64,000 bases of DNA, taken from Azolla caroliniana. Taxonomy: Eukaryota; Plantae; Polypodiophyta. This document shows positions 50,401 through 62,430 of this stretch, piece by piece. The position numbers and the translations under genes are program-made. The DNA is taken from positions 18,166,001 to 18,230,000 of the forward strand of contig JBHGNT010000001.1 of assembly GCA_043228905.1 (NCBI GenBank), written 5' to 3'. The stretch's first letter is position 1. Each line of letters starts with the position of its first letter. Below the pieces are notes generated by a model. It did not search any database. It was not told the origin of the DNA and saw only the letters and a list, made by a program, of their open reading frames with translations.

Positions 50401-50737
50401 CGTCATTGGTGTCGAGGATGAACATCCTCCCATCTCTGCACCCTTGCGCAATAATCTGGCCCTCTTCCTCGATGAAGCACCCAAGGTGCGTAAACCGCAC
50501 CTACATCCCCTGGTCAATGATTTGACCGATTGATACCAGGTTCTTCGTGATAGTCGGAACGTGTAATACGTTCATCAGCTTCCTCCTCTGTCTGACGTGG
50601 CTCAAAGGGACTTCTCCGATATGCAGGATTGGGTGAGGAGTGTCGTCTCCGGTTTCGACGACTCCCGGTTGTTCCGGTTTCTCCAAAAAGGAGAACCACT
50701 CTTTGTGGCTCGTCATGTGATTCGACGCACCGGAATC

Positions 50738-51495
50738 TGATAGGAATGCGCTTCCCTAAGCTATGCTCAGCCACAACCGAGACGTCGGATTAACCACAGA
50801 AAACAAGGATGTGGAAAGATGTATCTACACACGAAATAGTAAAGAAGAGAGTGCACTGGATGCTAACATGGAAAACCCAAATATGGGAAAAACCACGGCA
50901 GCCCTCAGACTGCAAAGTATCACTATATCAAGATTACAACAATGGGGCACAGAGGCAATGACCTCTTGCTCCCTGGCTTCACCACCAAGCGGTTACAACA
51001 GAGGCAACAACCTCTTCCTCTCTTGTCCTCTCTCTCTCTCTCTGTACACAGTTACACTTAGAATTATCGCCATAACGATAATCACACAACCAACTCTACA
51101 TCAATCGATACCTATTAAGTTTGCCCTAGGTCATATTTATACTAATATGACTTTCGGGCTATTTACAAATATAGCCCCAATGGGCTCTCTGGAACATATT
51201 TACATATATGTCCCTTCCATCCGATGAGAGGTTCTCACCGGGCCTGCAACATCCGGTTCTCACCGGGTCTTCCTTGCCGGGTACTCCACATTCGGTTCTC
51301 ACCAGGTCTTCCATTGCTGGGTACTCCACATCCGGTTCTCACCGGGTCTTCCGTTGCCAGGTACTGCACATCTGATTCTCACCGGGTCTTCCGTTGCCGG
51401 GTACTCCACATCCGGTTCTCACCGGGTCTTCCGTTGCCGGGTACTCATCATCCGGTTCTTCTTAATTCCCATCCGGAGGGACCTGTTTCCTAACA
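50738..51495 (-). mobile_element. Solo LTR inserted in the Copia C protease active site
   Basis: Perfect TSD GAATC. Removing it restores WYVDSGASNHM. Contains the 40-bp array (~51230-51460). Confidence 0.93.
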
Positions 51496-53004
51496 GAATC
51501 AACGTACCACAATTCCTCCAATTCGGAAGTGGTCTTCTTCATTGAGTTAGCCTTGTGTTTCAACACCAACCCTAGCCTTTACCAGCTTTTCCAGTTTTGG
51601 ATCCTCCCGATCCGTCTGAGTAGTGCGAGTATTGCCGGTTCTCTCTACCGGCCTTGTCAGATCCGGATCTGTCCGAATCAGTGCACTTCTTCTAGCACTC
51701 GCTCTCTTTGTGTCCCTTTTTACCACAGTACCAGCATTCCGTGTCGGCCTCTGGCGCCACCTTGACTCGCCCTACTTGTGGAGGGTCCGGAACTGTTGTC
51801 AGCACGTTCTCTGTGCCTTCGGTCCTGCTCTAGTCGGTTGCTACCATTGCGAGCCGACCCGCCTCATCCACCATGTCCACGGGGCCAATCCGCCTCCATG
51901 TACAACATCTGCCTGTCGGTGGGTGCACTTGTTGACACACCGGTGTGGTTCTCCTCCACAAGGAGCATCGACTGTAAGTCGAAAAATGACGGTGTATTCT
52001 CCCTTGTGCACACAACAGTTTAGAACGCTCCAAACTTTGACGCCAAACCTCCGAGATAGATTTGCACCATATTGGCTTCTTCGATATTCACATCGATGGA
52101 GGCCAGAGAGTCGCAAATGTCCTTGATTTTGGAGGTGTAGTTTGCCACTGACAAGTTACGTTGTCGTAGGTTGCTCAGCTCCTATCGGAGTTGAAGCTTC
52201 CTGGCTGTAGTGCTTGTGGTGAAAATCTTCTTTAGATTTCCCCAAGCATCTTTCGGCGTTTTGCTTCCTGAATGTAGCTTAGGAGCTGTTCGCCCACACA
52301 AGATGTGAAGCAGTACAGTACTCTGCTCGCTGATTGTTCCCACGCTGGGAAATCTCTGTGTGTCGACTCAGGTGTTGTGTCATTTGCTCCGTCGACATAG
52401 CTCTAGTAACCGTGCCCGAGCAGGTACTGGTGCATCTTGTAGGACCAAGACACGTAGTTGTTTCTGTCAAGCTTCTCCGTCGGAAGCGAGCCAGTCACGC
52501 CTCTATCCAACGGTTTTACCTGTTCTTCTTGGTTGGTTTTCCTTTCAAGCTATGTTGGTTGCAGAGGTTCTCAACTCTCGCGCTCTGATACCATGTAAAG
52601 AATAGCATGCGGAAGTAATAGAAAACCGAAAACCGAAAATACGTAGGTTTAATGGAGAGCTTGAATATACACAATACGCGGGAGGGAGAGAGAGAGAGAC
52701 AAGACTTTATTAAAAAATAACAGTTCTTTGTAATACTCTGTACATCGTATGTGTTCAGCGAACCCTTTTATACAAGTCCATATGGACTGACAAAAGTATG
52801 GTGTAATTCAATGCTCACACGAGCGTCTGACACTAACTACGAGACATTAACTACCTAGTAGCCTCAGCTGCTACTAGGCTTCCGGTTACTGATGGATCTG
52901 GCTAACCGGCTCCCCAACACACTGGCCCACTTGCTCATTGGCTCACCAATCCGGCTCATCCTTCCAGATGCCGATCCGGATCCGGTTGAGCTTGCTGCTC
53001 AACA

Positions 53005-53310
53005 CTTGGAATGCATAGTGATGGCAAATGAGAGTAGAATGGCGGCAGTGGAGAAGGAGTTAACTCCGTCGGAGCGAAAAGTGGCAACAATATACGACCT
53101 TCACAGTAGCGACAACTGAGTGTACAGTGGCCGCAATGGAGGAGTGAACTTGGCAGATGATGCTTGGACTGAATAGTGGCGGCAACTGAGTGCAGAATGG
53201 CGGCAATGGACAAGTGAACTCCGTCGGATCAAACAGTGGCAGATGATACTTGGACCACACAGTGCCGGTAATTGAGTGTAGAATGGCGGAAATGGAGGAG
53301 TGGACTCAAT
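53005..53310. repeat. Approximately 85-bp tandem repeat, right part
   Basis: Same unit as 38950-39577, resuming in register at the CTTGG TSD. Confidence 0.88.
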
Positions 53311-53329
53311 AGGGTTTAGCCCATTTTCA

Positions 53330-56063
53330 TGATCGTGGATACTAGTTCAAGTGGAATCGGATGGGTTATCAATCAAGAAGACGAAGATTGCAACCAATAT
53401 GCAATTCGGTTTGGTGTGAAAGTGTTAAGTGATAGGCAAAGAAGGTATGCCCATGTGTAGGGGGAGCTATGGGGAATCGTATCAGCGATCAAGTCTCTGA
53501 TCGTGACTACCTTATTTGAGCAGAACTCATAATCGAGGCAGATTCTCTACCAATCTTGGGCATGATGTCTGGTTGTAGTACACAAGATATTGCCATGTTA
53601 CGTTGGATTGCATATATCAAATCACTCAACCCGGAGATCCGTCATGTAAGTGGGAAGCATAATGTCGTTGCGGACATGCTAGCACGAGCGAGATACCATA
53701 GAGAAGAAGATCGACCTTCTGATGAAGACGATGTTGGCTTGGACTTCTTTACAAGTTCCTACGCTAGGGCGCTGACTATTTTCATAGAAGAGAACTATGA
53801 AGGCGAATTCGTGGAGATTGGAAATACTTGAGTTCTCTCCAAAGAGATGAATCCTGGGCGACGGAAGACTTCCACCGAATTCGGACAGAGGCGTACAAGT
53901 ATTTCGTTAAGGATGGAGCTCTTAGGAGGCATGCCAAAAAGAAGAATGGGACTCCAATGAGAGTTGTTTGCAAGTTGGAAGACCAACAAAAAATAATGTC
54001 CAAATTTCATGATAGTGTTTTTGCAGGCCATTGATGAATACGGGCTACATTTGCGAAGCTCAAGGAGAAATATTGGTGGCTGGGCATCTACAAGGATGTA
54101 GCAGCTTACGTGGAAACATGTAAGGAATGTCAGATGTTTTCAATTGTTCGCCATCGTGATGAACTTCATTCAACTTACCCGTTAGCTATGCATTACAAGT
54201 GAATGGTGGATATTGTAATGATGCCAATGGGGAGATGGCAGATGAGGTATCTTGTGTTCGCAAGAGAGGATCTTACCAATCAAGTTGAAGGGTGAGCATT
54301 GAGAACTAAGGAGACATCATCAGTATGCAAATTCCTTCTTGAAGATGTTATTTGCAGATATGGATGTGTCAGCAAGATAGTGGTTGATAGAGGAGAGTTG
54401 GACACCAATCAAGCTAGAGAAATCTTATCCAGGATGGCAATCAAGTTATCTCCTACCACGGTGTATGATCCTGAAGCGAATGGGAAACTGGAACGTGGAC
54501 ATGGACCGATTGTGAAGGCTCTAGTGAAATCTTGCTATGGGAAAATAGGAGAATGGCTGCATCTACTACCATTTGCACTATGGGCTGACATGACTACTCA
54601 TAGCACAGTGACAGGATATATGTCGGTAGAGCTCATATTCGGAGATAAGTCGATAATGCCAGTGGAACAAAGTATTGTTTCATGGCTGGCATTGCCATGG
54701 CAAGATGAGATAAGTACAGAAGATCAACTAGCATTGAGGATTCAATAGTTGGAGCAAAAGTCGGAAGATATAAAAGTGGGTAAAGCACAGCTAAAGAATA
54801 CAAGGCTGAAGAACAAGAAAGACTTCGATACATGACATCGACTTCATCTGAGGAAAATCGTCCGACAATAGCCTAGAAAACCAACATAGTACGGCTCGGA
54901 AATTTTCGCAACGATGGTTTGGACCATATGTGGTGAAGAAAGTGGAAGATAATGCAACATATCGTTTAACAAAACTAGATAGTACACCATTTGCTTTGCC
55001 AATTACCGGGAAAAGAATCAAGATCTTCAAGAGAAGAGACAGAATGGAAATTGGATTCGAAGCTTTGAACGATTCAGTCTTGGGCATCAACGACAAAGTA
55101 GAGTAATCAAAAGAGGAGCCTCACCATAATTGGCACATATCGGTGGATGTGGGAGTTTGGTGGGGGTGAGTGTCGTATGGTTCTTGACACACGATATGAA
55201 AAATAATGAAATAATTATTTTAGATTAGCTTAATGGCTTGGTGTGAAAAGATGGACGTGTTCAAGAGCTTCTGAACACATTTTACTACATCTGAAACAGA
55301 CAACTAAGTATCATGTTATGTGAGTATGAAGTTTGAGAAGATGGGGCAAACAGAACTATAAGATATCCCACACAGATAGAACAACATTGGATCCAACAAT
55401 ATATATAGCATACCCAAAACCTATTACTTCATATGTGTGTGTTTGGAGCACAGAATGGTTAGGGTGATTTGTGCCGAATTGTTCGGATGGATGGATGCAA
55501 CCAAATTGCCTAAACGGACGAGTGTGGATGGATTGCTCAAAATGATTCTGGATGGATTGGTCGCGACTCACGGGTCGGTCAGGACACACCATTGGTTGCG
55601 ACACACGGGTCAGTCAGGATGCACAGGTCGGTCAAGACGACCGTACAGATCAATGCACGGGCCGAACTTTACGTTTTTTAACTAAAGTAAAGGTCATGTG
55701 TGGATGCATGCAAAGAAGCCATGCAACTAAAGTAAAGGTTGTGTGTGGACGCATGCAACTAGGGGAGAAGAGGAGAGAGGAAATTTTTCTTCTCTCATAT
55801 AAGCGAAGGGAAGGAGAAAGTTATCACGAATAACCCTAACCCTAATTTTTTTCTTATCTAAGCCATATCTCACAAACCCTAAAACTTCTGTAATCCCAAA
55901 CTTGGGATAGATTGTAATTTTCTTTTCTTTGCTAATGAAAAATTACTAAATTTTCTCGTTTCCGTTAATTCTTAAAGTATAAACTCACGAATTTGATATC
56001 CTCTGGTCGAAGGCCCCGGGGTCCTCCCTCAAGTTCACGTGTCCTTTTCGTATCTTTGCGACA
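53330..56063 (+). mobile_element. Gypsy family B copy 3 (old; RH-IN plus 3' LTR 55171-56063)
   Basis: VDTS.SGIGW, MLRWIAYIKSLNPEIRH and NGKLERGHGP motifs, PPT TGGTGGGGGTGAG, LTR TGTCGT..GCGACA. Confidence 0.85.
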
Positions 56064-59000
56064 CCGCTAAGGCTACGGAAGATTTATTCGGAGCATGTCC
56101 TAGTACGAAGGTAACAATTAGTGATGTGTTGGTGAATCAAAATTTCTCCGTGCAGGATCGATCAACCTCCCTCGTCATCCTTGGTCAACCTTACATCACC
56201 ACAATAAGGATGGAAACAAAGGTGATTGATGATGGTTCGACTTTTGCGAGAATCAAGAGTCAAGATGGAAGAAAGATTGTCCAATTCTGAACCGTGAGGC
56301 CCAACCATGAAAGAAACAAAGAATGCTTGAGGGAACATCCAATTCAAGAGATGGATGAAAAGTTTTCCCAGGACTTTTAGATAAGGCTTTTACAGGTAGG
56401 TGTTGTGATGGCACGAACATAAAAGAAAACCCCATAAATAATAATGTAAATAAACATATTCCTTGTACAATCTCATCCAGTGGTGCTACTTTTATATTAA
56501 ACGTAGATAATAGTAAAATACAAAATGCTTCCGAGTACTTTAAGTGTTTTGGATTAATAGATGATGATGAAGAAATTCAGGATATGTTTGAAGAATTAAG
56601 TTTTGAAGATACAATAACTGATTTAGAAGCAATGGAGGATGACAAAGAAATCCAAGTTCCTGTCCATTCGATCAAAGATGTACGAAGTCATTGAAGAAGT
56701 TGCTCGAAAGGATCATGAGCAACATGTGCTGACAAAGTACAAGACAGTGGAGAAGAAGGTTCATCCTATTGCTGCTCCACTTCTAGGGGATAGTGAAAGG
56801 GCAATCAAAGAAGCAGCCATAGAGCCAATGTTCAGAGACCCACGAAAGGTGGGACATGTGTTTACTCTGGAAACAATACAAGAGATGAAAATAGGAGGGG
56901 GTGACTTCCTATTACCTGCTGAAGAAAAGCAATTCAGGGAGATGTTAAAAAGGCATGGAAAGTTGTTCACATTCCAACCTGAGGAAATAGGGTGTGTGGA
57001 GTTCATGGTTATATTCACTATCTGTCACATTCCATTGAACTTTAAGCCAATACCCATGCCTAGGGCTAGAATCCCTCACCTATTAGAACTTCTGAAAGAA
57101 AAGATAAGGATGGGTATCTTGGAACCATCAAACGCTCCTTACTCAAGTTGATGGTTCACTATGTTAAAGAGAAAATAGGAGGGGGTGACTTCCTACTACC
57201 TGCTGAAGAAAAACAATTCAGGGAGATGTTAAAAAGGCATGGAAAGTTGTTCGCATTCCAACTTGAGGAAATAGGGTGTGTGGAGTTCATGGTTATATTC
57301 ACTATCCGTCACATTCCATTGAACTTTAAGCCAATACCCATGCCTAGGGCTAGAATCCCTCAACTATTAGAACTTCTGAAAGGAAAGATAAGGATGGGTA
57401 TCTTGGAACCATCAAACGCTCCTTACTCAAGTTGATGGTTCACTATGTTAAAGAAAGATGGGCGACTCCAATTTATCCAAGATATGCAACCCGTGAATAA
57501 GGTAACAATCTGAAACACGGGAGTAGGGCCAATTGTGGCTGAGTTTGCTGAGATGTTTGTAGGAAGAGCTATATATTGAACAGGAGACCTTTATTCCGGG
57601 TATGATCAATTTCAACTTGCTATCCAAAGTTGAGATATTACTTCTATCAAGACACCTATAGGGTTAGTACGGATGTGTATCTTGCCGCAAGGAGCGCCCA
57701 ACTCAGTGGCACATATGATGAATTGAATGAACAAGGTACTTCGTGATTTTATTCCTCATATTACAAAAATGTTCCGATTAAGGGATGCAAGGAGGAAGAG
57801 AAGAATGAGGAATTGGACAAAAATGGTTGCCGACAATCGGTTGCCAACCATATCAAGGATTGTGACAATATACTATCAAAGATGGAAGAAGTGCATTTGA
57901 CCTTAGTAGGGGCGAAATCAATATTTGGGGCAAAAGAGATATTAATAGTTGGTCATATGTGTGGCCCGTATGGGAGAAAGCCATCCCCAACCAAGGTCAA
58001 TGCAATTAAAAATATGCAAGAGGAATGTACATCTGTCTCAAAAGTACGAAGGTTTTTGTGGGTATGTGTTTTTAACTGTAGATGGATTCTGCATTATGCC
58101 CATCTATCTCAACCTTTATATAGATCCTAAGAAAAGGAGAAACATTTGAATGGAGTGAAGAGCATTTAGAAGCAATGAGGAAATTGAAGTCCTACATAGC
58201 ACAAGCTCCACCATTAGAGCAACCTAACTAGACCCGACCCATATATCTGACAGTAGACTCTAGTCCCATTGGAATTGGATGGGTGATAAGTCAACAAGAT
58301 GGGGAAGAAAGGTATCCAGTCCGATTCGGAGCGAAGGTTCTTAGTGGCCGACAAAGAAAATATGCACAGGTCAAAAGAGAGTTATGGGGGATAGTAACAA
58401 CAGTTAAGACAAATAGAGATTACTTAATTGGTGTTGAAGTAATAATAGAAACAAATTGTTTGCCTATTCTTGGTATCATAACTAATTGTGATATTCCAGA
58501 TCAAGCCATGTTAAGATGGTGCATCTATATTAGATCAGTCAACCTTGAAGTTAGACATATCTCTGGGAATAGAAATGCAATAGCAGCTATGTTATCAAGA
58601 GCAAGGTATAAGGAAGAGGAGATTCCAAACTTGGACGATGAGGAAAAAGAACAAACAGTTCTTACCACAAGCATTACCCGAGAAGGAGGAATGCAGTTTC
58701 TAAAAGAGGAGTATGAAGAAGAATTAAAGGAAATAGGGAAATATCTACAAACCCTTGACAAGTATAAAAGTCGATCTGGAAAAGAGTTCACATAGTTTTG
58801 CAATAAAGCCCATAAATTCTTGTTGCATGAAGGAAGGTTCTGAAGGGCAAAGAAAGGACATAATGAGAGAGCTGCATGACAAAGAATGGGATGGTCATCG
58901 CGGAGTGTGGGCCACTTTCAGTAATATTAAAGAAAGGTTTTGGTGGCCTCGATACTATGAAGAAATATAAAAGTATGTGTAAACTTGTGCCACTTGTCAA

Positions 59001-60889
59001 TATTATTCAAATGTAAAATTTTGTGATCAATTACACCCAACATACTCACTGGGGGTGCATTACAAGTGGATGATAGATTTGATAACAATGCCACTTGGAG
59101 TAGGACAAACGAGATACTTGGTTCTTGCAAGAGAAGATCTAACAAATCAAGTGGAAGGACGTGCATTGCGAACAAAAGGGACATTAGGAGTATGTCAATT
59201 CATCTTAGAGGACATTGTTTGTAGATATGGATGTATTGGGAAGATAGTGGCAAATAGGGGAGAACTCAATTCTGTGGAAGCTCAAGAATTTTTCGACAAA
59301 GTAGGAATTCGGCTTTCTTTGACAACGACGTACAATCTGAAAGCTAATGGAATGATAGAAAGGGGGCATGGGCCAATAGTCAAAGCTTTGGCAAAGGCAT
59401 CTAAAGGACGGATCAATGATTGGCCAAAAATCTTACCCTATGCACTGTGGGCTGATAGGACAACTCACAACACTATTACTGGATAGAAGCTGATAATGCC
59501 AATTGAAGAAATGATAACTACATGGGTTGTGTTGCCTTGGGAATCAAAAATGAGTTGGAAAGATTTACTTGCGATTCGAATACGATAACTTCAATCAAGG
59601 AAAAAGGACATAGAAAAAGAAGTTACTAGATTGAAAGAGGCAAGAATCAAGAATAAGGAAAGATTTGACAAGATGAAAAGAATTCGACCAAGAAAGGTGC
59701 AAGAGGGAGTTTGGGTATTAGTATATGATAGCAACCTAGATAATCAATACAATACTATTCGGAAGTTCGCAAAAAGATGGTTTGGACCTTATGAAGTTAG
59801 GAAAATAACAAATAAGGCCACATATTTCCTCAATGAATTAGATGGGACAGAAATTCATATCCCAATTGCAGGAAAAAGGATTAAAATATTTAAACGGAGG
59901 GAGTCACTAAAGCCCAAATTTTATGAAGAAGGAGAAGAACTAAAAGAGTCGGAAGAAATGTTGGATGAACTCTACACAACCAGCGTGCATGTTCAGAGGG
60001 GGTGGGTGTCATGAAGGATTTGCTTCATGATATAAAAATAAACTTACATATTGTACTCAGTAATATTTGAGACTCTCGAACCCATAACCTCACACATCAA
60101 GTAGGAAGTACATACCACTAAGTTAGGTTATTTGTTTGTGAAGTCTCATAAAGGATATAAAAATAAACTAAAATATTGTATTGAATAACATTTGAGAGAC
60201 TTGAACCCACAACCTCACATACCAAATACAAGGCACATACCATTAGGCGAGGTTATTTATTAAAATTATATTTTCATGTTTGTATTTATGCCATGTATAT
60301 TTTTATACATGAAAGCTGAAATGATTGACATGTCGATCATGCATCACATGTAATGCATGAACGCCAAATGGTGATCATGCATCACATGCATTTCATGCAC
60401 TACATGCATGTCTTGTACCCTCACATACATCATATGGATGGGGCCACCTATTTAAAGAGTGAAAGGGAAAAGAGGATGAATCAATAGGAAATCAGAAAAT
60501 AAAAAGAAGAAGAGGAAGAATTTAGCTCCTTTGGCAAGCATCTTGTGTTTAGAAGTGGAAGTCGAGAGTTCAAATCGGAATTTGGTAGAGAAAGGTCTTG
60601 CGATCAAACATTGTAAAGTTAGTAAAATCTTGTATTATTAATAGACATCATGTTCATATCATATACTCTTGCTTCTTGAATCATACTTTGTGTCTATCTT
60701 GCTTCTTCAATCATATATTGTATCTATCTTTTATCCATGCTCGTCTCTCTCTCACACATTACTTTAAACTCTTATTCTTCTTATCCTTAATCTTCCTAAC
60801 ATTTGTGCACAAGCCTTATAAAATTTTCTTCAACTCCCCTTAACCTCAGTCCGTGCGACTTTGCCACACGAACCACAACTACCCTGACA
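56064..60889 (+). mobile_element. Gypsy family B copy 4 (AT-rich subfamily; PR-RT-RH-IN plus 3' LTR 60007-60889)
   Basis: Homologous to B1/B2 from the protease onward, gag-pro ends ..QDF* at 56378-80, PPT GAGGGGGTGGG, LTR TGTCA..TGACA. Confidence 0.87.
56887..57454 (+). repeat. 284-bp tandem duplication inside B4 pol
   Basis: GAAAATAGGAGGGGGTGACTTCC occurs at 56887 and 57171, with a duplicated peptide KIGGGDFLLPAEEKQF...APYSS. Confidence 0.9.
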
Positions 60890-61446
60890 ACGGCAGCAGA
60901 GTCAAGAAGGACAAAGCCGACCAGAAGGCCAAGACCCGAACATGGTCCGATGTGTTAAAGGATCTCAAGATTTAGGACAAATTAGAGACACCCAATTCAG
61001 ACAAGAGCTGGAACAAATCGGAGTCACCCGATTCCGAAGAGATGCTTGATTTGGAGGAGCTGGATCAACTGAAGGCCGAATAGACAAGGAGGCAACGAAA
61101 GTCGACATCGACATGGAGGAGCCAACGGGTTGAGACACGTCGGAGTCGCAACAACAAGGGATCTTAGATGGGCCTTCTGAGCAGACAAGCTCCTTGAGAA
61201 GGAAGAGATGCGCGGAACCGGACGCATCGCGGGAAGACGAACCGAACCGGACGAGGAACGTGAGCCAGGCGGGAGGACGCCAGGAAGAGGCAACGGAGAG
61301 GATCGACTACCACTCACACTAACACTTTGATCCGACCTCAAATTCAGCTTGAGGAAGAGTGTTCAGTAGACAAGATCAACCAGATCCAGATCGGTGTCCG
61401 GATGGTATCTGGAACCAGGAGCCGGATTGGATTATAACCGATAGGT
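60890..61446 (+). mobile_element. 3' tail, PPT and LTR start (61360) of a Copia C/E-like element
   Basis: Peptide VKKDKADQKAKTRTWSDV matches the Copia C tail; CTTGAGGAAGAG|TGTT junction. Confidence 0.8.
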
Positions 61447-62430
61447 TGTTAGAGGCCTACAAATCTAGTCTATTACGTAGGCATATTTTTGGGAGTCAGT
61501 TTCTGTGAGGAATAGTACTAAAACAAAGAGAGAATTAGTACTAGAGAAGGGAAGTACTATTAGTACTAAGAGGACAGGACTGCGTAAGACTCCCGAGAGA
61601 GAGGAAAGAGAAGACGAGAGAGAGAGAGAGAGATAGTGTGGATGAGAGAGAGAGATGATGATAACAGACGATATACTATAGGAAGAGTAAGTACAAGATG
61701 GCTATGAGGCTTAAGACTGGTGTTCTCAACATAATGCCTAGTGCCTTCTTTTATAGTGTTCTCAGGAGTAATCCTGAAGCTTCTAGAATGTTCCAGAGAA
61801 ATTTGGAATATACATTAATTTCCTATAATAAAACTTAAATGAAAATAATATCCTACATATTACAATGGATGGTATAATGGTCAAGAGTTCGACCCATATA
61901 ACATAAGGTCATGGGTTCGATTCTTGCCATATCATGACACTATCTCCCCCTTAAGATGACAAGTGGAACGAGTTGACGCTGATTGCGGACCGGGTTTGTC
62001 CTGATACTTTCGATGGAACTCAGCCAAAAGATCCTGAGCATTGGCGACATGCTCGATGGGTTCCCAAGTACGTTCGCTCGGACTATAGCCTAGCCAATTG
62101 ACCAAATAATAAAGTTTGTTGCGAACAAGTTTGGAATCGAGGATGGCAGCAACTTCATACTCCGGGCCGACTTGCAACTAGTAATCGGGAATAGTGTTTG
62201 CTTGATAAGGTTCAAGAAGAGAGCTATGGAAAACCAAATGTATCTGAAGATGCGGAGGGAGATCAAGGCGGAACGTGACATCATTAACCTTACTAGTAAT
62301 ACAGAAAGGACCGAGTCGTCGATAATCCAACTTGTCGCACGGTCGAGTAGTCTTGATGTGACAATGTAAGAGCCATACTCGATCTCCGATGGCAAAAGAG
62401 GAGGATGATCAGGAACTAATGGAGTAGTTT
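61447..62430 (-). mobile_element. Chromovirus (Tcn1-like Gypsy) 3' end: integrase C-terminus, chromodomain, PPT, LTR 61447-61939
   Basis: GDRVWL..KLDYRRLGPF, chromodomain EYEVAAILDSK..YYLVNWLGY..TWEP, and PPT AAGGGGGAGATAG|TGTCA on the minus strand. Confidence 0.88.

Larger units (their letters stand above)
39578..53004 (-). mobile_element. Copia element C, two LTRs (39578-39979, 52594-53004), hosting Gypsy B2 and a solo LTR
   Basis: Perfect TSD CTTGG (39573-77, 53005-09), PBS rc 52582-52593, PPT rc 39980-39991, and gag, PR, IN, RT and RH motifs on the minus strand. Confidence 0.95.

Noticed and set aside
61865-61930. Functional tRNA gene
   Set aside because: A/B boxes are present but no convincing acceptor and anticodon stems; it is kept only as a tRNA-like cassette.
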